DNA of 64,000 nt. Origin: an uncultured delta proteobacterium (GTDB lineage Bacteria; Myxococcota_A; Polyangia; Polyangiales; Polyangiaceae). Below the pieces are notes generated by a model. The model saw nothing but the letters and a program-made list of their open reading frames with translations. It made no database searches and had not been told where the DNA came from. The DNA is taken from the NCBI GenBank assembly GCA_963850305.1, contig CAWKKR010000006.1, forward strand, positions 128,001 through 192,000, read 5' to 3'. A program made the translations under genes and the position numbers. Numbering within the stretch: position 1 is the stretch's first letter; each line of letters starts with the position of its first letter. Of this stretch, positions 43,032 to 53,915 are shown one piece after another.

Positions 43032-45256
43032 GTGACGAGCGAGAGAACGCACTGGTGGCTGTCACCCCTCGTCGCTGCGGCCGTGCTCGTCGAGTGGCTC
43101 GAGGTCGGCGTCGATGCCGTTCACCGAAACTGGGACGGGGTGGCGCGCGCGCCCCACTTCGCGGCCGCGCTGCTGCTCTTCACGGCTGCGGGGACGCTCT
43201 TCGCGGGACTCGTCGCGCTCGCGGTGCGCGCCTACCAGGGGATCGCGGCGCGGCTCGCACCTCGCTTTCCGCGAGCGGCTACCTGGCTACCCCCGGCCGC
43301 TGGGGCACTCGTCACCATGGGGGCTTCGGCGAGCACCGCGTTCTGGACGTTCTCCGCCGACCGAATGCGGGGGACTGCGCTTGCCGTCGCGGGTCCATGG
43401 GTGCTCATCGCGCTCGCCGGGGCGTTCGGCGCCGGGGTAGTGGCGCTCTTCGGACTCGTGCGTGCAGCGGCGCAAGCGGGACGGCGACGCGCTCTCGTCA
43501 CGGCGGCGGCGCTGTTCGCCCTCGCCGCGGTGCTCGTCCGGATCGATCTCACCGTGTATGTCTCGCTCTACGCCCGGCTGCACACGCTGCTCGAATCCTG
43601 TGCGGCCGGCTGTGCCTGCGCGGCGACGTTCCTGGTCCTCGTATTCCTGATCCGCGGCCGGCCGCGGGTCGTGCGAGCGACGAACGTATTCGCCGTCGTG
43701 GCCGGCGGAGTCACGGCGCTCTTCGTCGTGATCGAACCGGCGCGCGCGTGGGTGGACGAGTCTCTCCGGCACGCGTGGCGCGAGCCGATCTACGTCGGTC
43801 GAATGCTCTCGCGCATGCAGATCGTGGAAGGGTTCGTCCGGGACCCGCGCGGCTGGCGTGGCGCGACGATGTCGAGCGTGGTGACGCTGCGGGAACGCTA
43901 CGACATCGCGACGACGAGCCGGAGCCCGGCGTGGGACAAGCCGCTCGCGGAACCCCCGTGGCTGAAGCAACGCATCGACGCGCTTCGGGGGAAGGGGACG
44001 CGGAACATCATCATCTTTTACGTCGACACGCTGCGCGCGGACGTCGAGCGCGACCCCCGGGTCATGCCGAACACCATCCGGTTCGCGTCGACCGCGATCG
44101 ATTTCCGGAACGCTTACACGACGGGCTCGGACACATTACACGCGTTGCCGGGGCTCACCGGGGAAGCTACGATCTCTTCACCGAGCAGCCGAACGACCTG
44201 CTGCGCGTCATGCACGGGGCCGGGTACCATTCCGTGCTCATGGTCGCGCAATCCGCGCACGAGTTCCTGTCGAAGCTCCTGCCGCAGTTCAAGTTCGACG
44301 AGACGGTCGACGTGCCCGACTATTCACCCGGCAACGAGAACGTGTGGGGTTACGGCGCGGATCAGCCGACGGCCGCGCGGATCGTCGATCGCTCGCTCGA
44401 TTGGTTGCACGACCACGCGGGCAAGCCGTTCGTCATGTGGATGTTCAACTTCGACGTTCACAACTGGCGCGAGCTCGACGAAGCGTACGCGCGCGACGTG
44501 GGCAAGAAGAACCACCTCTACGACGAGGCGGACCCGGTCTGGCGATATCGCGTCGCGGCGCGCGAGGTCGACGCGCAGTTCGGCCGGTTCCTAGGCGGTC
44601 TGCGCGATCTCGGCATCGCCGACGACACGGTGCTTCTCTTTCTCTCGGATCACGGCGAAGGACTCGGCCGGGAGGGCTTCTGGGTCCATTCGGTGTTCCT
44701 GTGGCAGGCGCTCATCCACGTCCCGCTGATCCTGCGCGTCCCCGGGGTGCCGCCGGCCGTCGTGAACGACGTCGTGTCCCTCGTGGACGTCGCGCCGACC
44801 CTTTCGCGGTTCATGGTCCCGGACGCGGACACCCAGGGCTATCAGGGTGAGGATCTCCTGTCGTATCTCGTCCCGAACCACCCGCCCCGGCGCCTGCCGC
44901 TGGTGCTGATGGGGACGCTCAAGGAGGTGCCCGTGCGTCTCGGGATCATCGACCCCAAGGCACGCTTCAAGCTCGTGCTCCCGCTCGAGGGTGCGGTCCC
45001 CGAGCTCTACGATCTCCGGGCTGCCGACCCGGACGAGCGCGACGTTTCCGGCACGCACGGCCGTGAAACGCTCAAGCTCCTGAACGAGCTCGTGCGGGCC
45101 CCCTTGTTTCCGCGGCTGAACGAAAAGGGCTCCGGCCCCCTGGATCAGGCCGCCGCCGACGGCAAGACGGCCATCGAGATCGAAAGCCAGAAGAAGGCGG
45201 AGGAGAAGGCGAATGCGAGCGCGGGCGTCGCCGGCGCCGAGAAGATCGCGAAATGA
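43032..45256 (+). CDS. Membrane-anchored sulfatase-like hydrolase/transferase, frameshifted near 44160
   Basis: N-terminal TM helices, VDTLRAD; C-terminal SDHGE, HVPLILRVP, SLVDVAPT; adding one G to the 44160-44163 run joins the frames (GLTGGSYD). Confidence 0.8.
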
Positions 45257-45317
45257 GCCGCTCGAGAGAAAATGTCGCTTCGAAAAAGGCCTTCTTCTCG
45301 AGTACCCTATCGGATCG

Positions 45318-46334
45318 ATGAAGATGAGAACCCTCCTGGGTCCCGCTGCACTCGCCATTGCGCTCCTCGCACGCCCCGCCTTCGCTGACGATGTCCAGGT
45401 CAGCGATGCGGCGCGCACGCACTTCAAGACCGGCGTCGCGTTCCTCACCGATCCCGATGGCGCCCGGTACGACGAGGCGTATCACGAGTTCAAGGCCGCC
45501 TATGCCGACTCTCCGTCGTGGAAGATCCTCGGCAACCTCGGCATCACGGCCATGAAGCTCGAGCGCGACGGCGAGGCCGTCGACGCTTACCAGAAGTATC
45601 TCACCCAGGGCGGCGCACAGATCGACCCCTCCGAGCGGGCGCAGATGGAGCGCGACTTGATGACCACGAAGGCGGGCGTGGTGTATCTCGACATCAAGGT
45701 CACCCCGCCCGGCGCGTTGATCGTCGACGAGCGGCAACCTCTGACGGGGCGGACGGTCACCAATCGTTATGAGGTCGCGGCGGACGGTTCGCTCCGGATC
45801 GGCGTGCGGCGCGGCAGCCATCGCATCACGGCCAAGCTAGACGGCTACGACGATCAGGTCTGGGAGCTGGATGCGGAACCGGGTCCGGACCAGACGCACG
45901 AGTACAAGCTCACCAAACCCGCTCCCGCGGCGGCCCCGCCATCGCCGGGCGCTCCGGCGGCAGCGGCGCCGGCGGCCCCGCCCGTGATGGAACGGCCGAT
46001 CTCGGTCCCCGTCATCATCGGCGCCTCGGCAACGGGCGCGCTGGCCGTGGGTACCGCCGTGGTCGGCGTGCTCGCCCTGTCGAAGAACAGCCAGTTCAAG
46101 GACAAGAACGACGGACATCACGTGTCGGAAGCCCAGAGCCTTCACGACAGCGGCACGACGTTGAACATCGTCGGGGATGCTCTCCTGGGCGGGGCGGTCG
46201 TCGCCGCGGCGATCACGACGTACCTGTTCCTCGATCGTCCGGAAGTTCCGGCGGAACACGACACGGCGCGCATTCACGTGGTGCCCACGGTGGGTCCGTC
46301 CGTCGCGGCGCTCGTCGTGAACGGCCGCTTCTAG
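45318..46334 (+). CDS. TPR + PEGA domain secreted protein
   Basis: Signal peptide; ARTHFKTG...EFKAAY...LGNLG TPR-like region; PPGALIV...GSHRITAKLDGY PEGA-like region. Confidence 0.8.
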   Translation: MKMRTLLGPAALAIALLARPAFADDVQVSDAARTHFKTGVAFLTDPDGARYDEAYHEFKAAYADSPSWKILGNLGITAMKLERDGEAVDAYQKYLTQGGAQIDPSERAQMERDLMTTKAGVVYLDIKVTPPGALIVDERQPLTGRTVTNRYEVAADGSLRIGVRRGSHRITAKLDGYDDQVWELDAEPGPDQTHEYKLTKPAPAAAPPSPGAPAAAAPAAPPVMERPISVPVIIGASATGALAVGTAVVGVLALSKNSQFKDKNDGHHVSEAQSLHDSGTTLNIVGDALLGGAVVAAAITTYLFLDRPEVPAEHDTARIHVVPTVGPSVAALVVNGRF

Positions 46335-46410
46335 TTCTCCCTCTGCCCAAGGCGGCAAGAAGCGTGCAGGTCTGGCACCCCGGAGGCGCATTGCTACGCT
46401 CGACGCTTCC

Positions 46411-48660
46411 GTGAACCCCTGGCGCGCGCAAAGTCTCCTGTTCCTGGGCGCGCTCGCCGTGGCCGCGTTTGCCAGGACGTCGGGGGTCGTGCGGGCGGAC
46501 ACGCCGCCGCCCCTCGTCGATGTCTGGAGCTGGGGACGGAACAGCGCGGGACAGCTCGGTGGCGTTCCGCCGAGTCACGCGATCCCGTGGCCCACTCACG
46601 AAGCCGGAAACTGGATCGCCGTGGCGGCCGGGTTCGATCACGTGCTCGCGCTCACCGCGACCGGCGAAGTGTGGGCGTGGGGGGACGACTCGAATGGCCA
46701 GCTCGGCAACGGCACCACCCAGAACAGCATCCTGCCGGTTCGAGTAGCGGGGCTCATCGGCGTCACGCTCATCGCCGCGGGCGGCGGCCAGAGCTACGCC
46801 TACCGCGCCTCCGACGCGACGCTCTGGGCGTGGGGTTCGAACTCCAATGGTCAGCTGGGCGAGCCGCCAGCGACGCCCCAGGAGACGTCGCCAGTGCTGG
46901 TGTCAGGGCTGCCCGCGCTCACGGCGATCGCGACGAAGGGCCAGCACACGCTCGCGCTGGGGGCGGACGGCACCGTTTACGCCTGGGGTGCCAACGATGC
47001 CGGCCAGCTAGGGCTCGGCGACTTCGTCGACCGCTCCACGCCGACGGCGGTGCCGCTCTTCGCGCCTGCGATCGCGATTGGAACCGGCGGCTCGCATAGC
47101 CTCGCGGTGGTCGGGACCGACGCCGAGGTCTGGGCTTGGGGCTCGAACGCCTTCGGCCAGCTCGGCAGCGGGCGACAGGGCGCGCCCGGCCAGGGCTTCT
47201 CGGATCCGGAGCCCGTACTCGGCGTCTCGGGCGTCGATCAGGTCGTCGGCGGCGATCTGCACTCGCTCGCGCGCGGCACGGACGGCAGCGTGTGGGCCTG
47301 GGGCTACAACACCGAAGGACAGACGGGCAGCGGCGACACGACGCCCGCCGACACGGGTCTCCTCACCGCCGAGAAGATCTCCGGCATCAGCGGCGTGGCG
47401 TCACTCGCCGCCGGTGGACTCGACTCGATCGCCCTGAAGTCGAACGGCGAGGTCTGGACCTGGGGCAGCAACGTGTTCGGCACGTGCGGCGCCAACGGTC
47501 GCGCGGATCATCTCCTGCCGACGAAGGTCGTCGGCGCGACGGGCGCGACCGCCGTCACGATGGGAAGCTCCTTCGCCGTCGCTCTCGCGTCGCCGCGGCC
47601 GAGCTCCGGCGTGGTCGTCATGGGCGACATGACCGCCACGGGCACCGCGCCCGTCGAGCGCCCCGCCGTCGCGACGGTCCCCGGGCTCACGGATGTAGGC
47701 ATGCTCGCCGCCGGCTTTCACCACGCGCTCGCGCTCGACGCCGATCACGCCGTCTGGGCCTGGGGCGACAACTCGAGTGGCCAGCTCGGCATCCCCGGCG
47801 CGTCCGGCCTCGCGCCGGCTCCGGTCGATATTCCGCTGGACGGTGCCCAGGGCTTCGTCGAGGTCGTCGCGCGCGCCAACTTCAGCCTCGCGCTCCGCTC
47901 GGACGGCGCCGTCTTCGCGTGGGGCGACAACACCTACGGCCAGCTCGGCACCGGCTCGACCACCTCGACGAGCTCGCCCGTGCGCGTCGCGTCGCTCTCG
48001 AACATCGTGTCGCTCGCCGCGGGCGAACGCCACGGTCTGGCCCTCGACGCGACCGGCACGGCGTGGGCCTGGGGGCAGAATCTCCACGGCGAACTCGGCA
48101 CGCCCCCGAGCGCCACGCTCGTCACGACGCCGCAGCAAGTCCCGTCACTCTACGCGCTGTCCGAGATCGCCGCCGGCGGCTTCCACAATCTGTTCATCGA
48201 CGTCACGGGCCTCCTCCACGCCTGGGGTTTCGGCCAGGACGCGCAGCTCGGCGACGGCGGGCGCAGCGACGCCACCGTCCCCCTCGCCGTCGCGCTGGGC
48301 CGCGTCGCGTCCGTGTCCGCCGGAGCTCTGCACACGCTCGCCATCCTCGACGGCGGCCAGGTCTGGGCCTTCGGGGGATCGGGGTCCGATCAGCTCGGCG
48401 ACGGTTCCCCGCGCGGCCTCATGTGGACCCCTGTACACAGCAACGTTACGACGCCCGCGCTCCTCGCCATCGCAGGCGACTATCACAGCCTCGCGCTCGG
48501 CTACGACGGCACCGTGACGGCGTGGGGCGACGATTCCCGGGGTCAGCTCGGCCTCGCCGGCACGTCGGAGCCGCACTCCGAGCCGGTCCCCGGTGTCGCC
48601 GCGCCCACGGCGTTGCTCGCCGCCGGGGGGGAGACATTCACTGTGCTCGCGGTGAAATGA
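46411..48660 (+). CDS. RCC1/BLIP-II repeat beta-propeller secreted protein
   Basis: Over ten repeats of AAGxxHxLAL...VWAWGxNxxGQLG. Confidence 0.92.
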   Translation: MNPWRAQSLLFLGALAVAAFARTSGVVRADTPPPLVDVWSWGRNSAGQLGGVPPSHAIPWPTHEAGNWIAVAAGFDHVLALTATGEVWAWGDDSNGQLGNGTTQNSILPVRVAGLIGVTLIAAGGGQSYAYRASDATLWAWGSNSNGQLGEPPATPQETSPVLVSGLPALTAIATKGQHTLALGADGTVYAWGANDAGQLGLGDFVDRSTPTAVPLFAPAIAIGTGGSHSLAVVGTDAEVWAWGSNAFGQLGSGRQGAPGQGFSDPEPVLGVSGVDQVVGGDLHSLARGTDGSVWAWGYNTEGQTGSGDTTPADTGLLTAEKISGISGVASLAAGGLDSIALKSNGEVWTWGSNVFGTCGANGRADHLLPTKVVGATGATAVTMGSSFAVALASPRPSSGVVVMGDMTATGTAPVERPAVATVPGLTDVGMLAAGFHHALALDADHAVWAWGDNSSGQLGIPGASGLAPAPVDIPLDGAQGFVEVVARANFSLALRSDGAVFAWGDNTYGQLGTGSTTSTSSPVRVASLSNIVSLAAGERHGLALDATGTAWAWGQNLHGELGTPPSATLVTTPQQVPSLYALSEIAAGGFHNLFIDVTGLLHAWGFGQDAQLGDGGRSDATVPLAVALGRVASVSAGALHTLAILDGGQVWAFGGSGSDQLGDGSPRGLMWTPVHSNVTTPALLAIAGDYHSLALGYDGTVTAWGDDSRGQLGLAGTSEPHSEPVPGVAAPTALLAAGGETFTVLAVK

Positions 48661-48834
48661 GGGGGGACTACGGCCTGCGCACTACGACGAGGTCACGATC
48701 GCGGGGTGGGCCAATCGCTGCGCGTGTTACCTGCCTCGTGCGCCGCGCTTGCTCGCGATCTCGTCGACAGGGTGCCTTCGACCGCCGGGGTCAGCGCCAT
48801 CCCGCGCGAGGTTGACACCGAGCTCGCTCGCGGC

Positions 48835-49446
48835 TCATCGAGATCGCAGGAATGCGAGGCCGAGTTCGATATTCAGCGTGACCAGGGAGTCCACGGGCTG
48901 CTCGTGACGAAAGTCCCGGACTGCTTCGAACCGTAGAACCGGTCCGATCTCGAATCCCGAGCTTCCGGGGTGAGCGAGCCACCCGAAGGCTGCCGAGATG
49001 CCGTAGCCGTTGTACCCGGTGGACTGATTCGGCGGACACCCGCCTCCGAAGTCGAGACAGAAGCCGCGCAGTTCCGTCCGGGTGACCCGGGCATACCCGG
49101 CTCCCAGCGTGCCGAAGAAGTACTCCTGCATCGAGTCACTCCGGAGCCCAATTACGGGCGCGATGACCCAAGCCGAGCTGTCGGTTCCCCCGCCCAGAAT
49201 CCACGCGCTCGTCTGACCGAGCCCGGTCAGGGTGCCACCGACGGAGAAGACGTCCGTGAGCCAGTATTCACTGGCAACGCCGGCGCGACCTCCGATGCCC
49301 AGACTCCCCCCACCGGCGCCCAAGGACGCGCGCAGGGACCAAGCGTAGACGGGCTTCTCTGGCGCCTCGCTCATCTCGGCAGTCGAGGACGACGCAAAGA
49401 GAACCGGGCTGAACACCACGGCCGCCACCACCAGGTACTTCACCAC
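48835..49446 (-). CDS. Hypothetical secreted protein, possible outer-membrane beta-barrel
   Basis: Signal peptide, amphipathic beta-strands. Confidence 0.6.
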   Translation of the reverse strand: MVKYLVVAAVVFSPVLFASSSTAEMSEAPEKPVYAWSLRASLGAGGGSLGIGGRAGVASEYWLTDVFSVGGTLTGLGQTSAWILGGGTDSSAWVIAPVIGLRSDSMQEYFFGTLGAGYARVTRTELRGFCLDFGGGCPPNQSTGYNGYGISAAFGWLAHPGSSGFEIGPVLRFEAVRDFRHEQPVDSLVTLNIELGLAFLRSR

Positions 49447-49470
49447 GAGGGGAAGGTATCATTCACCACA

Positions 49471-49932
49471 ATGGAAGGTACCCTCCGCTCGCTGCCGATC
49501 CTCGTCGTGCTCTGCGGGGCGCTCGTGGGCTGCCGCGGGAAGCTGCTCGCGACGGCGTACCTGGCCGGGCCGGGCACGGCGGAGGCGCACTTCACGGCCG
49601 GCGCGCCCGTGGAGCTCTGGTCCGACTCCGTGGGCACGTGGCTCGGCCCGGAGTGGGCGAAGCTCCCGCTCCATTACGACATCGACGTCACCCAGAGCGG
49701 CAAGCTCGTGGGCCGTGCGTCGTGCGACACCGACACGGAGGACGGCACGAGCGTCTGCGGCGTGGAGTCGAACGCCGGCGGGCGGCACCACGGAGACTGC
49801 GAGGTGCACATGATCTGCGACCTACCGAAGCTCGCCCCGGGCGACGTGACGCTCAAGGTGACCGGTCGCATCGCCGACCCCTCTCGCGTGAAGAGCTTGA
49901 CGCTCATGTCGCTCAACGTGCGCGAGAAATGA
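49471..49932 (+). CDS. Hypothetical lipoprotein
   Basis: LVGC lipobox; 4 Cys in the mature domain. Confidence 0.7.
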   Translation: MEGTLRSLPILVVLCGALVGCRGKLLATAYLAGPGTAEAHFTAGAPVELWSDSVGTWLGPEWAKLPLHYDIDVTQSGKLVGRASCDTDTEDGTSVCGVESNAGGRHHGDCEVHMICDLPKLAPGDVTLKVTGRIADPSRVKSLTLMSLNVREK

Positions 49933-49939
49933 TGCGCTT

Positions 49940-50339
49940 CTAGGACGGGGGTCTTGACCCCCGCGGCTCGCTTCGCGACCGCTCCCCCGCCGTTTTCCAA
50001 CGGGGGTCTTGACCCCCGCGGCTCGCTTCGCGACCGCTCCCCCGCCGCCTTCGGCGGGCTCGTGCTCGCAAGGGGGTCTTGACCCCCGCGGCTCGCTTCG
50101 CGACCGCTCCCCCGCCGCCTTCGGCGGGCTCGTGCTCGCAAGGGGGTCTTGACCCCCGCGGCTCGCTTCGCGACCGCTCCCCCGCCGCCTTCGGCGGGCT
50201 CGTGCTCGCAAGGGGGTCTTGACCCCCGCGGCTCGCTTCGCGACCGCTCCCCCGCCGCCTTCGGCGGGCTCGCTGCGCTCGCGTAGTTCCGCACCTCGTT
50301 GAATCGGGGGGGACGACGGTGGCGTCGATGCGGAACTAC
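49940..50339 (-). repeat. Composite palindromic element: four 70-bp tandem units, one partial unit and a GTAG/CTAC hairpin
   Basis: Units start at 50002, 50072, 50142 and 50212 (partial at 49947); arms GTAGTTCCGCA 50283-50293 and TGCGGAACTAC 50329-50339. Confidence 0.95.
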
Positions 50340-51862
50340 TGGCACTGCGGGTTGTCGGCGCTGACGGGGGAGCCGGTGCGGACGGCGATGGCGCCGGGCG
50401 CCGCGTAGCCGGTCGGAGTGCGGAAGTTCGTGTTGCTCTTGAACACCGGCGGGGCCGAGGCTGAACCTGTCACGGTGTAAGACTCGAGCGAGGAGTCGTT
50501 GGCCACGCGCAGGAGAGACCGCGTGTACGGCTCGTAGAGCAGGGCGCCACCGCCGGAGGTCTTGCAGATCTGCCCGGCCGCGGGAGGCGGGCTCCCGGAG
50601 GTCGGCACACCCCAGATGACCTGGTCGAGGAGCGACGTCGCGTAAGCGATGTTCTGGCAGTAGTCGAAGGCCGCCGCCGAGATGCGTGTGCTGCCCATCA
50701 CGAATGGGAGCTGAGCAGTGGTGGAAGCGTGGCTCTGATTGGGGTTGAATTCCTGGACGGAGCCCATCGTCGTCGCTGCCGGATTAGAGCATGCGGTCGC
50801 GGTCGTCGTTGCCGAGCCGTCGAGCGATGGCAGCACGACGATGTCGGCGTCGTTGCCGTCGTCCGCGGCGAAACCGGGTGAGCCCCCGGTCGGGTTCACC
50901 TGGCCCACCGCGACCGGCGCCGAAGTGTCGACCGTTGCCCCGCTGCCCCCGGCGGTCAAATCCACACTCACGCGCAACAGATCGATGTTGCACAGCGTGA
51001 TGCTCGGGTCGGACCTCGTTCCAGCGACGCAGCTCGTCCCGGTCTCCTCCAGCACCACCGTCACCGATCCGCCCTTCGACGAAGGGTGGGCGATCACCCC
51101 GAGCCGCACGCTGCTGTCGAGAACGGCATTGGTCCCCGCATCCAGAGGCACGTCCGCAAACTTCGTCACCTTCGCCGCGTTCGCGGTGTCGAGGATCGTG
51201 ACCGGACGCGTCCCCTGTATGGAAGTCGCCGAGCCCGAGACGTACGCGATGCCTCCGTTCAGCAACACGACGTTGCTCGACGGCACGGGCACGGTGACGC
51301 CGGCTCCGACGTCCCGCCAGTCCCCGGATTCGACGTCGAGCGCGCGGACCTGAAGCGTGGCCGTTGCCGCGGTCGGGCTCGCGGTCTCGAAGAAGTACCA
51401 GTTGTCCGAATTGGGGTCGTTCAGGATCGCGACGACGTTGCCGACGGTCTTCTTCGACACCTCGGCGCCCGTGGCCGGGTTGAGCACCCAGATGACCGAA
51501 GTCGCGGGCGTCTTCGTCGATTGGTAAGATACGATCGCGCCTCCGGGCCCGCCCGGATGGAACACGTCCGACTCGACGACGGCGCCGCCCGCTCCGCCGC
51601 CGCCGCCCGTACCGCCGGCGCCGCCAGACGCACCTCCGCCTGCACCGCCCGCGCCGCTGTCGTATGCGCCGCCCGAGCCTGCATCGAGAGTCGCTCCGGC
51701 CCCGCCGCCGTTACCCCCCGTGGCAGCGCCGCCGGAGCCCTGCGCGCCGCCCGCGCCGACGCCGCCGCCGTCGTTCTGCGGTTTCACGTCGTCGAACTTG
51801 TTGATGAGTGAGCAACCTCCGAGGAGGAGCAGCAGGGCGCCGGTTGCGCTCGTTTTTTTCAT
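50336..51862 (-). CDS. Hypothetical lipoprotein (Gly-rich tether, beta-rich domain)
   Basis: LGGC lipobox, Gly-rich linker; last gene of a tight four-gene run. Confidence 0.75.
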   Translation of the reverse strand: MKKTSATGALLLLLGGCSLINKFDDVKPQNDGGGVGAGGAQGSGGAATGGNGGGAGATLDAGSGGAYDSGAGGAGGGASGGAGGTGGGGGAGGAVVESDVFHPGGPGGAIVSYQSTKTPATSVIWVLNPATGAEVSKKTVGNVVAILNDPNSDNWYFFETASPTAATATLQVRALDVESGDWRDVGAGVTVPVPSSNVVLLNGGIAYVSGSATSIQGTRPVTILDTANAAKVTKFADVPLDAGTNAVLDSSVRLGVIAHPSSKGGSVTVVLEETGTSCVAGTRSDPSITLCNIDLLRVSVDLTAGGSGATVDTSAPVAVGQVNPTGGSPGFAADDGNDADIVVLPSLDGSATTTATACSNPAATTMGSVQEFNPNQSHASTTAQLPFVMGSTRISAAAFDYCQNIAYATSLLDQVIWGVPTSGSPPPAAGQICKTSGGGALLYEPYTRSLLRVANDSSLESYTVTGSASAPPVFKSNTNFRTPTGYAAPGAIAVRTGSPVSADNPQCQ

Positions 51863-51892
51863 GGTCCCTCTTCAAGTAAAGAAACGCGGCCC

Positions 51893-53893
51893 TCAGTTGT
51901 TCTGCGCGCCCTGGACGATCCAGCCCTGGATGGTCGCAAAGTCCTTGGCATCCGTCAGCTGAGGGCCGGTGGTGTACGCCGGGGGCATCTTGCTTCCGAA
52001 GATGGTCCCCTGGGTGCCGCCGTTGATCTTCCGCCATATGTAGCTGTGCGTCGGATCCTGGCTCGTGGCATCGACCCTCTTGATCCCGGCTTGGGTGACA
52101 GGGTCCGACGGGCTGATCTGCGGCGATTCCGTCGCAACGACGTTGACGACGCTCGAGTACGCATACCCGTCCTGAAGAATCTGGCCTTCGGGGGGGTTGC
52201 CCGGAACGTGACAGCCTGCGAGCGCGCAGTGCGCGGTGAAGATGGGCTGCACGTCTCCCTCGAAGCTGATGAGCGTCGTCACGTGGAGCTCGGGGAGCGG
52301 CACGCTCAGGTTCTGTGCCTGGTCGCGCGCCTCGACGAGGAAGTAAAAGTCGGTGTTGCTGACCGACTGGACCGCGCCAGCGTCGCCCCCCGATAGAGCC
52401 TTCAGCAGGTCGGCCTGCATCAGGAGCGCTTCGAGGGCTCCGGTTTCAGTGAAGATCGGGGTGCTCATATCCTCGCCGCCCGGCGTCGTTCCGCCGAAGA
52501 TGACGTACTGGATCGCCGACTCTGCCGTCTCGTTGTCGGTCGCCTGCGGGAAATCGATCGTCACGGTCGTCGCTCCCGCCGTGAACGTCGCGGTCCCGCT
52601 TGCAGGGAATGTCGGCGGCTGGCTGTCGTCGATGGTGTTCAGCGCGACCGTGTGTCGGTTCGTGTCCTCGTTGCCGGACGCGTCCACCGCGCGGCAGACG
52701 ACCTCGTAGTTGCCGGCCGGCAAGAGCGTCGTGAGCTGGCCCTGGGTTACTCCCTTGAACACGCCGTCAGGCTGCGAGAATTGCGTGTCGCGGTCCACCG
52801 GGACGTCGAAGGCGTACACGTTGTACGTGATGCCGCTGGCGGCGGTGGTGTCGTCCACCGCGGGATCCCACACGATGGTGCCGCCGCTGGCGGTCGGGTT
52901 GGCCGCGGCGCGACAGCCGCCGAAGACGGGCGGCGTCGTATCCTTGCCGGTCGTCCCCGTGACGAGCACGGTCGTCGGCGTGACGTTGCCCGCGGCGTCT
53001 ACGGCCGCCACGCGGAAGAAGTATTGCGTCGCGGCTGCCGGCAAGCCCGTGACCAGCGCCTGAGTCGCTCCTGGATCCGTCACGACCGCGAGTTGTTGCG
53101 GGGCGGTGCCGCTCGTGGCCCAGAAGACGTCGTAGACGATTCCGGGTGTCTGCGTCAGATCGTCGCTCGCGGCGGCCCAGGTGACGATGACGGACGAATC
53201 GGTCTTTCCGACCGCCGTCGTTGCCCCGGCGAACGTCGGGGGCTTGCTGTCCACGGCGGGAGTTCCCGAAAGCTCGAGCACGTTCGTGTCCTTCGAGTCA
53301 CCGACGTCCGCGACGGCACGCACGACGAAAAACGTCGGCGCCGTGCTGGAAAGTCCATCGAGCAACGCCGAGGTCGCTCCGGGCGGCGTGACGATCGCCG
53401 GCGTCGAATAGTTCTCCCCGCCGCCTTTGGTGGCCGTGTAGATCTCGTAGGTGAAGCTCGCATCCGGGAATGCGGGCAGCGACGCGGGAGCCCAGGTCAC
53501 GACCAGCGACGTGGGAGGCGTGGCGCCGTCCGCGGGCGTGGATGGCGAAACGGACGTCACTCCTCCGAAGTCGATCTTGTCGGACGATCCTGCGTCCGTG
53601 GTGCCAGCCGCACCTCCTCCATTCGTACCGCCCGCACCGCCCGAGCCCGTCGCGCCGCCCGTGGAGCCATCCATCGTGCCCGCGTCGCCCGTCGGTGGCG
53701 TGACCGCTTGCTTCGCGACGCAGGTGCTTCCCTTCTTCTCCGTCCCGGTACCGCACGAAAGATTGCTGCCACTGCTGCACGCAGGAAAAAGGACCACGGC
53801 CGCCACGAGACCCGGCCAAGCCATCCGGAACAACGTCGCTACCGGGCGGTTCGCCGGAAAGGCTTCCTTCAGCTTCGTCATGCGCTTGCTCAT
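51893..53893 (-). CDS. Lipoprotein with four FN3-like repeats and a C-terminal cytochrome c-like domain (CX4CH)
   Basis: FPAC lipobox-like site; DxxPPxF...W...RAxDxxGN repeats; VQPIFTAHCALAGCH...KMPP...WIVQGA; alternative start at 53824. Confidence 0.8.
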   Translation of the reverse strand: MSKRMTKLKEAFPANRPVATLFRMAWPGLVAAVVLFPACSSGSNLSCGTGTEKKGSTCVAKQAVTPPTGDAGTMDGSTGGATGSGGAGGTNGGGAAGTTDAGSSDKIDFGGVTSVSPSTPADGATPPTSLVVTWAPASLPAFPDASFTYEIYTATKGGGENYSTPAIVTPPGATSALLDGLSSTAPTFFVVRAVADVGDSKDTNVLELSGTPAVDSKPPTFAGATTAVGKTDSSVIVTWAAASDDLTQTPGIVYDVFWATSGTAPQQLAVVTDPGATQALVTGLPAAATQYFFRVAAVDAAGNVTPTTVLVTGTTGKDTTPPVFGGCRAAANPTASGGTIVWDPAVDDTTAASGITYNVYAFDVPVDRDTQFSQPDGVFKGVTQGQLTTLLPAGNYEVVCRAVDASGNEDTNRHTVALNTIDDSQPPTFPASGTATFTAGATTVTIDFPQATDNETAESAIQYVIFGGTTPGGEDMSTPIFTETGALEALLMQADLLKALSGGDAGAVQSVSNTDFYFLVEARDQAQNLSVPLPELHVTTLISFEGDVQPIFTAHCALAGCHVPGNPPEGQILQDGYAYSSVVNVVATESPQISPSDPVTQAGIKRVDATSQDPTHSYIWRKINGGTQGTIFGSKMPPAYTTGPQLTDAKDFATIQGWIVQGAQNN

Positions 53894-53915
53894 GTGATTC
53901 TCCGACCAGAAATTC

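Noticed and set aside
49947..50282. Possible CRISPR array
   Set aside because: The 70-bp units are essentially identical with no unique spacers, and no cas genes are in the window
49674..50345. 223-aa repetitive ORF on the minus strand
   Set aside because: Translation of the DNA tandem repeat; overlaps a better-supported lipoprotein gene
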